DNA from: the human T2T-CHM13v2.0 reference genome, Homo sapiens
Assembly (NCBI RefSeq): GCF_009914755.1
Contig: NC_060933.1
Reading direction: 5' to 3' (one strand)
Length of the DNA stretch: 64,000 nucleotides
Shown: in pieces, positions 13,700-27,945 of the stretch
Numbering within the stretch: the stretch's first letter is position 1
Layout: each line of letters starts with the position of its first letter
The notes under the pieces: generated by a model
The model's database searches: none
The model's input: the letters and a program-made list of their open reading frames with translations, nothing else
Told to the model about the DNA's origin: nothing
Program-made: the position numbers and the translations under genes

Positions 13700-14825
13700 T
13701 TCATTCATCCCTTCCTGCACCATCATTTTTCTTTCCTTTTCACTAAATCATTCCCATCAGCATGCAAAATACCTAACATATGCAAAACAAAAAAACAAAG
13801 CCCTCCCTTGACCCCATCTCTCTCTCCAACTATGGCTCTAGTTCTCTCTTCTGTTATAGCAAAACTCCTCAAGAAAGAGTCCCCTTCCTTCACTTCCTCA
13901 TAATCCAATTCTCTCTAACCCAGGTCTACTCAGGTTTCTCCATCACGCTGTTTGTCAGCATCACGGATGACCTTCACATTGCCAGATTCCAATGGTAAAT
14001 TCTCCACCCTTAGGCTCCTTCTTAGTCTCATGAGCACTGGTCACACTGATTGCTCCATCCTCCTTACAAGCCTTTTCTCCTTGCTTCTAACACCTCACAC
14101 TCTCCAGCTTTTTCTCCTATCTAATCACCACTCTTCCCCTTCCTTTGTTAGATTCTTCTCCTCTTCTCAAATTCTAAGGTGGAGTGCTCCAGGTCTCAGT
14201 TCTCTCTAAATGAACTTATACAATCCCATAGCCATAAATATAGTATGTTCACTAGTGGCCTGCCCTTGCCCATTTCCATATATCCAACTGCCTACTTAAC
14301 ATCTCACTTGGATTTCTAATAGACATTCAGAGAAGCACTATGAAATGTGCACCTCCAACCCCACCAAAATGTTGACTTTCCCTGTCTAGTGAACGACACC
14401 ATTATTCACCCAGTTGCTCAAGCCCCACAAATCCTGGAGAAACAGCAAAGGCATGATCTCTACCTCAACTTTGCCTTCCAAATCTCACAGGAGTGCATCT
14501 GATAGGTGGAACCTGAATTACATCCAGAACCCTAGCTACAAGGGAGTGCAGGGATCATTTTTCTCATACCCCATATACAGTCCAGTAAATTCCCATAATT
14601 CCATCTTCAAAATATATTCTAAATCCAACTACCTCTCACCCTGTCTACCAATACAAACCACCATCATCTCCATCCAGGTGACAAGAGCTTCCAACTGGCT
14701 CCCTATTCCAATTATGCCCCCTTACGGTCTATTTTCCACATAGTAGTAGGCTGCATGATCTTTAAAATTATATCAGATCGTGCCCTGCCTCTGCCCTCAA
14801 CCCTCTCCAGTGGCTTTCCATAGCC
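13700..14825 (+). mobile_element. L2 fragments
   Basis: Pyrimidine-rich L2-like blocks (atgaccttcacattgccag, tatccaactgcctact, ctccagtggcttt). Confidence 0.6.
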
Positions 14826-14979
14826 TGTCCCAACATGGCAGGAAAAAATCAATGGCCAAGCTCCTAAGAAAAATGCAGGAGCAGCACAAGCATGACCTCT
14901 GCCTCACTTTTACCTTGCCCATCTTAGGTAAGTGCAAGTGCTTTGGTGCAACCTAAATTACATAGAGAGCTCCAGCTGT

Positions 14980-15282
<303 letters not shown>

Positions 15283-15603
15283 GTAGTACATTTAGTCTCA
15301 TCCCAGTTTTATGGATAACTGGGGCAATTTGAATATGGCCTATAAGTTAATGATATTGTTGAATCAACATTAATTTTGCAGGTGTGATTATGTATACTAC
15401 ATGATTATGTAGGAGGTCCTTGTTCTTAAGGGATGAATGCTGAAGTGTCTTGAATTTTTACTTTCAAATTATTCCAAATTAAAGCAGAGACAGGGAAATG
15501 TTAACAACTGACGAAATCAGGAAAATGATATATGGGCATTCATTGTACTATTATTCTTTTAACTTTTCTTTTGGATCAAAATTTGTCAAAATAAAAATTT
15601 AGA

Positions 15604-15902
<299 letters not shown>

Positions 15903-16127
15903 TTAGACAGAAAACTGCTAGGGAATAGTGACTAGTTTTATTTATTGGCAAGGCTGCTCTGAGTTCAGGGCTGTTTCCTTTGCTCATGCCACATCTTAAG
16001 TATATGCTCTCAGAATGCATGTATACAGAATGCATGTAACCCAGTGTGGATTTAGGCTGTTCTTTATTCCTTTTTCCCACTCTTAGAATACGTGGTGAGA
16101 AAATACAACTGTTCCAGGAAATGATAT

Positions 16128-16166
16128 ACACACACACACACACTCTCTCTCTCTCTCTCTCTCTCT
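16128..16166. repeat. Compound (CA)n(CT)n microsatellite
   Basis: Read directly from the sequence. Confidence 0.9.
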
Positions 16167-18199
16167 ACGCCCCCCCCCAACCCCTTTCTCAGGAATTAAA
16201 TGAATGATAGCAAATGCATGGTGTATCAGCCACCAGAACCCCTCCTACAGCAATGGCAGATAAACTAATTGATCAAGCACTCTTTCCTGCCAAACCTCAT
16301 TATGCCTCAGAATCCTTCAACACAGCTCTCTAGAAAGCCTTGATTAATGAACAGGAGCTGGTATGAGATGAAACATTTGCCATTCCTTTACTAGTCTACT
16401 TTAGCAAAACCTACAAAAAAAAAAAACACTGTGGTTGTCATGAGTATCTTTGACGCAGCTATGAAAAAAAAGACCTGAATCTGGAACCAAAGGACCTGAT
16501 TCAAGCCCACCCTATGCCTCTTACTTCTAGCACTTGGGAAAGCCTCTTAAAGTTATTTGCCCTCCATTTCCCCATCTGTAATAGACCTTTCTCACAGGGG
16601 TGTCAGGTGGTTAAAAAGAGACAATGGACACTTTGTAAATGCCAAGGACAGTTACATGTGAGGAGTGAGATCATACGAAGAGTGGCATCATGAAGAATGG
16701 AAAAATTTGCTCAAGTATTATTATAAATCAGGATAGAAAATGAGTTATAAGAGCCTAAAGTGTTATTTGTTTTTGCCTGTTCGTTTTTTAAGCCAGTGCA
16801 GAAGGACAAATTGTGAATGCACTTTCTCAGTATCCATCGTTGGTTCTTCATTTCTCCAGCTTCTAAAAGCCTAAGGGTTCAATCCTCGGACCTTTCTGCT
16901 GTTCATTCCATAGGTGGTTTTCTCTAATCTCATGGCTTTAAGTATGATTCTTCATATGCTATTGACGCGCAAATTTTGAAAATGTAACAAGATGTTAAAA
17001 AGGAAGTTTGGCCAAGACTCCAACACAACAGATATCAAATACTAAGGTCAGAAGCTAATGCAAATGAGTATTTCCAAGGTAGATATCTGAGAAGAGTTTG
17101 ACTTGGGCCCCTCACTGTAATCAAGGGCATAAAATGGTCTCGTCACTAGAGATTAAGGCGGGTAGTAAGGATTTGTGAAAGGTTTTCTTTGAAGAAAGCT
17201 GTGCTGTGAATAATTCCTCTCCATGGAAAATAGAGATCTATTGACAGAGGATGACTTGGAGAGCCGACATGTGTTCCCTGCAGTTTGGAGAGGGGGAAGA
17301 AGCACTTAATTAATTGGAGTGTGACTCCTACCTGGGGAGTGTAAAGGTAGGAGGCTGCTAAAGCCGTGGATGGCAGCAGAAAAGAGATGACCCCTCAGGG
17401 ATCAGCCAAGGTACAGGGTGTGTGTGTCCCGTGGACAAGAGGTGGGCCGTGCAGGAGAAAGAATGGGCTAGGACCCTTATCATTCTTGCTCAAGTGTTCT
17501 GCTTGGCAGAATAATAGGACAATACTTGAGAAAGTCTGTGTGTAGTGAGCTGCAGAAAACCCAGCAGCAGCTGGAGGAAGAGGATGCATTACCCACGCCA
17601 GCGGTGTTGCAAAGGGGAGCCACCAGAGAATCCACAAAAGAACCAAGGAAGATTCAGCGTTGAATATTAGCCAACCCCAGGGAAAGTGTAACCATGTTAG
17701 GACAGAACTACCCAAGTAAGAACTTTCTGATCTCTTTTTGCTCTACCCTCCAAGGTCTCCAACTCTGGAGTGGTTGAAACCATAGCTAATGAGAAGATAA
17801 GCAAGAAAGAGAAAAAACCTGACCATAACTTCTTCCCCAATGTGGTTGCCTACCTGCTATAGGCACAAGCTTGAGAGGTATAAGATGGGGGAGTTGGAAG
17901 CAGAAGAACCATGACCTCTTCATATTAAAAAATACGTATTTTTTTAATCAGCCTCTACATTGGGTATACACCATGACCTTTTTATGATGACATAAGTGTT
18001 GATTAATAGAGTGAACTGGACATTTTTTTCTGGATCAACATTGCATTTTCCTAAAGTGAACGATGGAACTTTCTGATAGACGAGAATGACGAGAAAAATC
18101 ATGGTGCCTGCCAGAGTTTTTACCCGACTGCAAAGAAGACCACTACTCCACCAAATGTTAAAGGGACATTCAGACACAGAAATAAACTTGCACTCAGGT

Positions 18200-19420
18200 T
18201 GCATCCCTGGAGCCGTGCTTCTTCACAATACCTGTCATGGTCATAGAAGAAGCCTTTCAGAATCACCATAGCCAAAGACAAATTCTTGATGTTCATCCCC
18301 CAGACCTGCTCTTCCCCATCTCATTAAACAGGAACTCCACCATTTCATTCGGTCAGGCCAAAATCCTTAAAGTCATCTTTGAATTCTTTCTTCCTTTTAC
18401 ATCCAAGAGCCAAACTATCAGCAAATCCTATAAGGTCTACTTTCAAAATTCTGAATCTAACCACTTTTTTTTTTCTCTTTGATGGAGTCTTGCTCTGTCG
18501 CCAGGCTGGAGTGCAATGGCACGATCTTGGCTCACTGCAACCTCTGCCTCTGGGTTCAAGAAATTCTCCTGCCTCAGCCTCCCAAGCATCTAGGACTACA
18601 GGCGCAAGCCACCACGCCCGGCTGATTTTTGTATTTTTAGTAGAGACAGGGTTTCACCATGTTGGCCAGGATGGTCTCGATCTCTTGACCTCGTGATCCA
18701 CCCGCTTTGGCCTCCCAAAGTGCTGGGATTACAGGCATGAGCCATCGTGCCCGGCCGAATCTAACCCACTTTTGACCACCATCTAATCTAAGCCACAATC
18801 GCGTCTCCTCTGGATTATTGCTGCATCCTCATAAGAGGTCTCCCTTCTTCTACCCTTGCGTTTCTACTACCTTTGCCTTTAGGTCTGCTCTCAACACAGC
18901 AGCCCCAAGTGACCCTGTACAGCATGTCGGAGCTGCCCAAAATCCTCCAATGCCTTCACTTTTAATTTAGACTAAAAGCCAGCATCCTCAGGATGCCTAC
19001 ATGATCTAGCCCCTAATCGTTTTCCAGCCTCATCTCCTATGACTCCCTCCATGCTGGCCCTGATCTGGCTGCTCCAGGATCCTGCTTTCCCTCTGACATG
19101 CTCAGCACTCTTCCATCTCAAGCCCTTTGCACATGCTGTTCCTTCTGCCTGGAATTCTCTTCTGCTTTTAGGTTTCTGCTGAATGATCACCTTATTAGAG
19201 AAGCCTCCATGAACTGCCTAATATAAATTGCAACTCCATCCTACCTCTCCCCCCACTCCCTCCTGAACTCTCTCTTCCTCCTCTCACTGTGGTTACACCC
19301 ATGTCACTTAAAGCCACTTGAAATACTAAATATTTACTTTTTCATTGTCTGCCTCCTCCTACCAGCATGTCAGCTCTCCTAGTCTAGGATTTTACTTTAT
19401 CCACTGTTGTAAGCACTCAA
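18200..19420 (+). mobile_element. L2 3' region interrupted by an Alu
   Basis: caggccaaaatcct, tttgcacatgctgttccttctgcctggaa, attgtctgcctcc and similar L2 motifs. Confidence 0.65.
18463..18756 (-). mobile_element. Alu (AluSc-like)
   Basis: Antisense dimer; TSD gaatctaacc on both sides. Confidence 0.93.
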
Positions 19421-22196
19421 AATTGTTTGAACGGATAATAATTTATATTAAAATTCTTATAAGGCCTCCTAAGTGCCAATCATTATATGAAAAAAAAAAT
19501 CTTCCATGGCCTCTTGCAATATTTGGAAACAGATTCTGAAATGGAGAGGAGCGAGGCACTCTGGAGCGAGGCACTCTCAGTCTCTTCCTGACTCCTTTCA
19601 GGCCTACCCTCCCCGATTCATATCTTTTAACAGGAACACCCCCCCTCCCACCCTGGGAGCCTTTCCAGGATAGATGGGGGCGGAGGGAGCCCAGGGGGTC
19701 TCTTCTTGGCAATTGCAGCTGCACATCAAAACTTGACTCTGACACAAGCAGGAACCAGGGCCAGATCCTGGGCTCCCCAGGCCTCTGTTCTGACCGCCAG
19801 ACAAGAATGTCTGTCTCTGTTAATTTGACTTAAGCTCTGTTTAATTACTAACTTGGTAGTTTCTGTACTCTGCTTAGCTGCTTGTCAAGTATGTGGCACT
19901 TTTGATAATTTAAGGGTTGGAATTTAGTCTATTTTTGCAATTGAAAATCAGCCTGGAGCCAGAGTTTCCCTTTTATTCAGAAAGACGAAACAGATGGGAC
20001 ATCAAAGGCGGTCATCCTGTAATTTTGTCTTTTCTGATACATTAAAAGCAGGCCTTGCACACTGGCTGCTTGATGTCATTGGAAACTTCTATTGGGCCTG
20101 TAAATATGAAGTCTAGTGCTTTCATATCATTAGTTTTTATCTTTCTGCGTCCAGCTTAAGAAAAATTACTCAGCAATGTCCGATGGCCACACCCAGAGGC
20201 AGCATGGAGGATGCCTAGGAAGCATGGGGACTGGGAGCAGGAGAGTTTGGGTTCCAGGACTGGCTCACAAGCTCTGGGTTCCATGACTCCAGTGCTTACC
20301 TAAGATCATTTTAACTGCTGTTATACATTCTACAGCATTTGTTCATTCAAACCAACACTTATTTGGTATCCCATAGATTTTGGGGCAGATTCCACAAGCA
20401 AGGAGATCTGGTTCCTATTCTCAGAAAGCACTCAGTCTAATAAGACGACAGATGGGGAAAGAGACCAGCTCACTCTACATAGTTGTTGTAGCCAAGGTGT
20501 ACAGAAAGCAAACCAGGAGCATGGGAATAAGTCAGTCTACTTGAAGGATGGGGAGGTATTCACCAAGTGTGGCGTACTCAGGACAAAGGACAGCCTGCAC
20601 CCCACAGGAAAGTTTAGTATAGGCTGTGATGGGGAAGGGAGGCAGAGGAGGAGTGGAGGCAGGGGACTGTGAGGAAAGGAAGAGGGTGTAAAAGTGAAGA
20701 AAGTGAAGTTTGACCTGTTAGGTTGAGGTCAGATATTCTGGAAAAACAAAGTCACTTGGTTAAATGGGAATGACAGAAATAATAGCTAACAATTATTAAG
20801 CTCTTATTGCTACTATTTTAGTACTTTCCACTTAAATCTATGATGTTCAGTGATGGCAAATTATAATACTTGCCCAAGATGATTCAGTTGGGAAGAGGTG
20901 AAGATGGGAATTTGAAGGCAATCTGCAGACCTCAGAGCCCAGCCCTTAGCCATCACACAGTCTTGCCAGGGCTTCGCAAAATATTCAGTGAACTGATGAA
21001 TCCAAAAGTACTTTGCCAACTGTGAAGTGCTGCCCAAAAGTAGCCACTGCTGTTTACTAGTTTTGTTACGAAGATCTCCAAAATAAGAGATCTTTCTTCT
21101 TCCTTGATATTTGACAGTGCAAACCCTGAGCATTTTTTCCCAGGTTCAGAATAGCAAGCAAGAAAGGCTATGAGATTGTTATGTGGACATATTATGTAAA
21201 CAAACAAACAAAAGGCTATGAGACAGAAATCACTCTGGATGAAAGGAAAGGAAGTCTGGGCTTTCATGAGTCACACTGAGAGACAGAAAAAATGATAAAG
21301 TCAGGCCAGGCAACCCTTCTGAAAGCTTAGCCTGTACTGGCACCTGCTGGTGCCCACAGTAGCTGTGCCAGCTTTACTTTCAACCAGGAATTATCCCTTG
21401 GAGGGTAAATGCCCCAGGGCAGTTTTATGTGTGAAGGGATTAGGGGCAGAGGGAAGGGTTGCAGCTTTTCTTCTTTTCTTACTCAAGAGGCTGCTGTGCA
21501 TCTTTGGAAAAACCTCCAGGCTAAAATTCACTAGTAATAAACTACTGAGCACCTTTTATGGACATGCGTGGCACTGAGGGTCTCACTCAGCTCCCCCAAG
21601 AACAGTACCCCCAGCCCACCTCTGCAAGACACAGAACTGGAGGAGGTTGCTGCATTTGACCAAGATCATGCAACTAACTACTAAGTGGCAGCTCTAATTT
21701 AGGCCAAAATTCGATTTCATTTATACTCTTTTTTACAGCACCAGGTTATTTCCAAAGACTTAAGTTCACAGTCTAATTTTCCCATTTGCTATGTATGGGA
21801 TCCTGGCCCTACCAATTCACCACTGAGAGTTTTGTCTTGGTTGACTGATCCCCTTACCTTATTCCAGAAGAGGTCAAACATGCCTACCTTACTCAAATCC
21901 TTTTCTGCAATGTGGGGAGAAACCCCTCTCACGGTGTTTGTAATGATCCTAAAAAGAGGTTGGATCTAAAAACATAAATAACAATACAATTACCTTTAAA
22001 ACCTGAAGACCTGCTACGCCATAAATGTTTCTTTGAACTTCCTGGCTCCAAATGGAAAGAAGAATTCAAAGGTATTCCCTGAAATAGCTCCTAAACTTGT
22101 CAGTTGATGTTCGCACCTGGAAAAATCTCTTAACCCCAAATGTGTCCAATCAAAGATCTAGAAAACTTATTTTCCAGAGCTCAGTTGAAATTTAAA

Positions 22197-22790
22197 GAAA
22201 AACAAATAAAAGATACACAGTTGAACCATATGAAATTGCCAATATTTGACCATTCTGACTTACCAAAAATAAGTAAAAGCAGCACGTTGAAGGGATTCAA
22301 TGTAATTTACGCAGGCCCTCAAAAAGACAGGGTCTTTATCACTGTAGTCATTGGACAAGCCCCCTCCAGGCCAAGTATCAGCAGACAGGCACAAGAGTCA
22401 CCTGGGTGATTGTTTAATATGCAGGTTCCCAGGCCCACTCCAGAAATGCCGATTCAGGACTGGAGTGGGGTGAGTCACTCAGGAATGTGCCTGTGTAAAA
22501 GACATCCCAGGTATCCCAACACAGGGAGGAGGTGCACCTTGCTCTGGAGTACTACTGGGCTTCTAAGGCAATCACCCAGGTGACTCTTGTGCCTGTCTGC
22601 TGATATTTGGCCTGGAGGGGGCTTGTCCAATGACTTTACAGTGATAAAGACACTGTCTTTTTGAGGGCCTGCGTAAATTACATTGAATCCCTTCAACGTG
22701 CTGCTTTTACTTATTTATTTTTGGTAAGTCAGAATAGTCAAATATTGGCACTTTCATATGGTTCAACTGTGTATCTTTTATTTGTTTTTC
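22197..22790. repeat. Inverted repeat: arms 22197-22412 and 22569-22790, 156-bp spacer
   Basis: Arms are reverse complements with 4 substitutions and 2 small indels by eye; the ORF track shows the same peptide (KGFNVIYAGPQKD) on both strands. Confidence 0.97.
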
Positions 22791-24436
22791 AGAAGACAGC
22801 ATTCCAGGATGCTGCACTCTCAAAGGGCATCCAGTCTACGGTGGGCAGGCTGATTTAAGGATTTATGCTGTACAAGTGGACAAGATCCTGGAGGGGCACA
22901 GTTTCAAATCTCATTTCCATAACTTGGCCGCTGTGAGAAGTCTTTGGAGTACCCAGCTTTTTTGTTTTAATGATCCAACCCTGCTTTTTGTTGTTTCCTT
23001 TTGTTTGTTTTGTTGCCTGAAATTTATTATTATTATTAATTACTGCGAGGGGACCTGAAACACTTTTTGAATAGCTGCTTTAGGGTGATGTGTTCAGTCC
23101 CCATCCCTCTACCCTCCAAGACAGAATTACTGCGGCTCTACTTGTTGGTTTAAAGACTATTTATAAGCAAGGTCCATCTTCCACATTGCAGATCCAAACC
23201 AAAGCCTCATTATTTCCACTGTTTGTTTTGCTGCAGAATGGTTAACATTTACATGGAAATGGGTCTTTTTCTCTATCCTGTAATTTGGATTGTTTAGTTT
23301 TCCTTTTTGGACTTCTTTGATGCTGCTGAAGAAAGAAGTCCGCAGGAATCTGGAGAAAGGAAGAGTGAGCTGCCGGGGGCCGAGTGGGCGGCAATGCTGT
23401 TTGCTTCTGTGTCTGTGTGGCGCCCCCCCGCCACGCCGCCCCCACCACTTCCCCTAGTTGGACTAAGCTATCTCCTTCCTGTTTCTGCTTTTCTCCCTCC
23501 TACAGCTGGGCTAAGATATGTCAGCACTTAGGGCTGGAGGTCCAGCTTTACCACTAACTCAATATGGAACCTGGATCAAGTCTCCCTCGGAAGCTTTGCT
23601 TCCCATGTGAACAGTGAAGGTGCTTAACCAGATGATCTCTAAATTCCATTACATTCCTAAGCCCACTGAGCTTCCCTTTTCTACACCCTTTTCCTTTCTA
23701 TCTCGGATGAAGTAAAAAAGTTGCTTTTTTTATACCCAAAGCATGAAAATAATAACCAATGAATGTCCCCCAGATGTCCCTGAGTTTCAAAGATGACATC
23801 ATTGCTATATAAGATTTTCCAAAGACTTTCCAAGGCTTTAAATCCTCTAGCATTTCTACCTCACCTACTACCCCCACAACCATTCCCCATTAGCCCCAAC
23901 TTAACTGCAACCCTAGAACTTTCTAGGTTTAATTTCTGTCTCTCCTCTTCCTTTTATTTCTTGCTAGAGGATTCTACAAGAAATATAACTCCACTTCCAA
24001 GTATCTACTCTAGAGAAGCATTTTGCCAATGTCTACGATAAGGCATAAGGAAGTGTGTTCACTGAGGCCTTGTTTACCATAATGAATAAAATGGATGTCT
24101 ATCAATTCAAAAAAACAAACTGGGAAATCCATTTAATGGAATACTATGCAGCAGTTCAAAAGAATGTGACAGAGCTATATGTATTAATATGGGTAGACTG
24201 ACAATATACATTGTTGAATAAAAGCATGCTATAAGATGATATGCATAGTATACTAACTTTTATGTAAAAACTATATCTATTCTAAGTGTATATATATACA
24301 CACATATATATACAGACGAATACATATACACACATATGTAAAGGCATAGCAAAGATTTGGAAGAATATATAAGAAACTGGTAACATTGTGTACCACCACA
24401 GAAGGAATGGTCAAGGGGACTTTTTAAAAACTTTTA

Positions 24437-24570
24437 GGCTGGGCACGATGGCCACACCTGTAATCCTAGCATTTTGGGAGGCCAAGGCAAGCAGATTGCT
24501 TGAGCCCAGAGTTCAAGACCAGCCTGGGCAACATGGTGAAACCCCATCTCTAAAAAGAAAAAGAAAAAAA
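24437..24570 (+). mobile_element. Alu left monomer (FLAM-like)
   Basis: Single arm with A tail; TSD aaaaacttt. Confidence 0.85.
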
Positions 24571-24577
24571 CTTTAAA

Positions 24578-24707
24578 AAATTGTTTGTAGAGACAGGGTC
24601 TCGCTGAGTTGCCCAGGCTGGTCTTTAACTCCTGGCCTCATGTGATCATCCCTCTTCTGTGTCTGCCAAAGAACTGGGATTACAAGCATGAGCCATTGCA
24701 ACTGGCT
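24578..24707 (-). mobile_element. Alu left monomer (FLAM-like), antisense
   Basis: Single antisense arm; TSD aggggacttt flanks the pair of monomers. Confidence 0.85.
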
Positions 24708-25134
24708 GAGGGGACTTTGACTAAAAATATTAAAACATTTCATGTAGCTAAATAATTAAGTAATCACTTAATAAATTTAAATTAATTTGAAAAATACAGC
24801 CCCTGAGTATATGACAACAGCACAAAGAATGAGAGAAAAGTATTCTGTTGTAAAGTTCTTATACTATATATGAAGCAGTATATTATTTAAAGATGGCTGT
24901 TTGTGAATATTAATGATGAGTACTTTAAATCCTGAGACATACACACAAAAGAAAAATTAGGAAAAGAGATTTAACAAATAAGACAAGAGTGAAGATAAAA
25001 TAGAATTGTAAAAAATATTCTATCCAAAGGCAGGTGGGCAAAGAGGGAAAAGGTAACCAAAAAAAAAAAAAAAAACAGATGTAACAAACAGAAAACAAAT
25101 AGTAAATGATAAATTTCAATATAACCATATCAAG

Positions 25135-27510
25135 CACTAAGCACTCCCCTTGATAACTGGAACAAGACAAGGATGCCCACTCTCACCACTCCTATTCAAC
25201 ATAGTACTGGAAGTCCTAGCCAGAGCAATCAGGCAAGAGAATGAAATAAAAGGCATCCAAATAGGAATAGAGGAAGTCAAACTGTTTGCAGATGACATGA
25301 TTTTATACCTAGAAAACACCATAGTCTCTGCCCAAAAGCTCCTAGATCTCCTAAACAACTTCAGCAAAGTTTCAGAATATAAAACCAATGTAAAAAATTA
25401 GTATCATGTCTATACACCAATAATATCCAAGATGAGTGCCAAATCATGAACACAATTCCATTCAAAATAGCCACACATGGCCAGGCACAGTGGCTCACGC
25501 CTGTAATCCCAGCACTTTGGGAGGCCAAGGCAGGCGGATCACCAGAGGTCAGTAGTTCAAGACCAGCCTGGCCAACTTGGCGAAACCCTGTCTCTACTAA
25601 AAATACAAAAATTAGCTGGGTGTGGTGGTGGGCGCCTGTAGTCTCAGCTACTCGGGAGGCTGAGGCAAGAGAATCGCTTGAACTAGGGAGGCAGAGGTTG
25701 CAGCTAGCTGAGATCATGCCACTGCACTCCAGCCTGGGTGACAGAGTAAGACCCTGTCTCAAAATTTAAAAAAAATAAATAACCACACACACACCCCAGG
25801 AAGTGAATGAGGGAAGTGAAAGGTCTCTACAATGAGAAATTACAAAACACTGCTGAAAGAAGTCAGAGATGACACAAACAAAAGGAAAAACACTCCATGC
25901 TCATGGATAGAAAGAATCAACGGTATTAAAATGGCTGTACTTCCCAAAGAAATTTAGAGATTCAATGCTATTTCTATCAAACTACCAATGACATTCTTCA
26001 CAGAATTTTTTTTAAAACTATTCCAAAATACATATGGAACCAAAAAGGAGCCCAAATAGCCAAAGCAATACTAAGCTAAAAGAACAAAGCTGGAGGCATC
26101 ACATTACCTGACTTCAAGCTATACTACAAGTCTACAGTAACGAAAACAACATGGTACTGGCACAAAAACAGATACATAGACCAATGGAACAGAATAGAGA
26201 GCCCAGAAATAAAGCTGTACACCAACCATCTGATCTTTGACAAAATCAACAAAAACAAACAATAGGGAAGGGATTCTCTATTCAATAAATGGCACTGGGA
26301 TAACTGGCTAGCCATATGCAGAAGAATGAAACTGGGCCCCTTCCTTATACCATATACAGAAATGAACTCAAGATGGACTAAATACTTAAATGTAAAACCT
26401 AAAACTATAAAATCTCTTGGAAAAAAACCTAGGAAATACCATTGTAGACATGGGCCCTGGCAAAGATTTCATGACAAAGATGCCAAAAACAATTGCAATA
26501 AAAACAAAAATTGGCAAGTGTGACCTAATTAAACTAAAGAGTTTCTGCACAGCAAAAGAAACTATCAACAGAGTAAATAGACAACCCACAGAATGGAAGA
26601 ATATATTTGCAAAATATGCATCTGACAAAGGTCTCATATCCAGAATCTTGAAGGAACTTAAATTATCAAGCAAAAAACAATCCCATTAAAAAGTAGGCAA
26701 AGGACATTAACAAACACTTATTGAAAGACAACATATACATGGCCAACAAGCATATGAAAAAATGTTCATCATCACTAATCATTAGAGAAATGCAAATCAA
26801 AACCACAATGAAATGTCATCTCACACCAGTCAGAATGGCTATTATTAAAAAGTGAAAAAATAACCAATGGTGGCAAGATTGTGGGGAAAAAGGAACATTT
26901 ATACACAGCTGGCAGGAATGTAAATTCATTCAGCCACTGTGGAAAACAGTTTGGAGATTTCTCAAAGAACGCAGAACTAATTTGACCCAGCAATACAATT
27001 ATTGGATATACAACCAAAGGACTATAAATCGTTCTACCATAAAGACACACACACATGTATGTTCATCACAATTTATTCACAATAGCAAAGACATGGAATC
27101 AACAGGTACCCATCAGTGGTAAACTGGATAAAGAAAATGTGGTACAAACACACCATGGAATACTACCCAGCCATAAAAAATGAGATCACGTCCTTTGCAG
27201 TAATATGGATGGAGCTGGAGGCCAGTATCCTAAGTGAACTAACACAGGAACAGAAAAACCAAACACAACATGTTCTCACTTATAAGTGGGAGCTAAACAT
27301 TGAGTATACCATAGACACAAAGAAGGGAACAGTAGACACCAGGGCCTACTTGAGGGTGGAGGGTGGGAGGAGGGTGGGATCAAAAAACTACCTCCTGGGT
27401 ACTACAATTACCTGGGTGAAATAATATGTACACCAAACCCCTGTGACACGCAATTTATCTATATAACAAACCTGTACATGTAACCCTGAAACTAAAATAA
27501 GAGTTAAATA
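25135..27510 (+). mobile_element. 5'-truncated L1 (old L1PA/L1PB): ORF2 RT to 3'UTR, non-coding
   Basis: [21 protein letters not shown] and LFADDM motifs, many stops, L1 3'UTR. Confidence 0.93.
25479..25778 (+). mobile_element. Alu (AluS) within L1
   Basis: Full dimer; TSD aata(g/a)ccacaca. Confidence 0.92.
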
Positions 27511-27532
27511 TATATCCACATTAATAACAATG

Positions 27533-27945
27533 TGATATGGTTTCAATCTGTTTCCACCCAAATCTCATGTTCAGTTGTAATCCCCACTGCTGGAGGTGGG
27601 TCCTGGTGGGAGGTGATTGTCATGGGGGCAGTTTCTCATGAATGGTTTAGTACCATCTCCCTTGGTTGTGATAATGAGTTATTGTGAGAACTGGTTGTTT
27701 ACAAGTATGTAGCACCTCCCTGGCTCTCTCTCTCTTCCTCCACCTCTGGCAATGTGCAGTGCTGGCTCTCCCTTCATCTTCTGCCATGATTGTAAGTTTC
27801 CTGAGGCCCCCTCAGAAGCCAAGCAGATGTCAGTATCATGCTTCCCATATACCCTGAGGAATAATGAGCCAATTAAACCTTTTTAATATATGAATTATCC
27901 AATCTCAGGTATTTCTTTACAGCAATGTGAGAATGGACTAATACA
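27533..27945 (+). mobile_element. MST solo LTR (MaLR)
   Basis: tgatatgg...ggactaataca termini; 5-bp TSD CAATG. Confidence 0.9.

Noticed and set aside
17020-17900. Purine-rich stretch possibly from an ancient Gypsy-like or other LTR
   Set aside because: No termini, TSD or motif I could confirm by eye; needs a Dfam search.
19800-20180. Repeat-free AT-rich block with TAAT motifs, possible conserved enhancer
   Set aside because: Conservation cannot be judged from one sequence, and the motifs are common.
22140-22696. Two ORFs on opposite strands sharing KGFNVIYAGPQKD
   Set aside because: Explained entirely by the inverted repeat; no domain or coding signature.
22218-22769. MADE2-like terminal repeats facing each other, resembling a novel ~550-bp mariner MITE
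   Set aside because: The inverted symmetry extends ~20 bp outside the TIR-like sequence and ~140 bp inside it, so this is a by-product of the inverted duplication, not a transposon.
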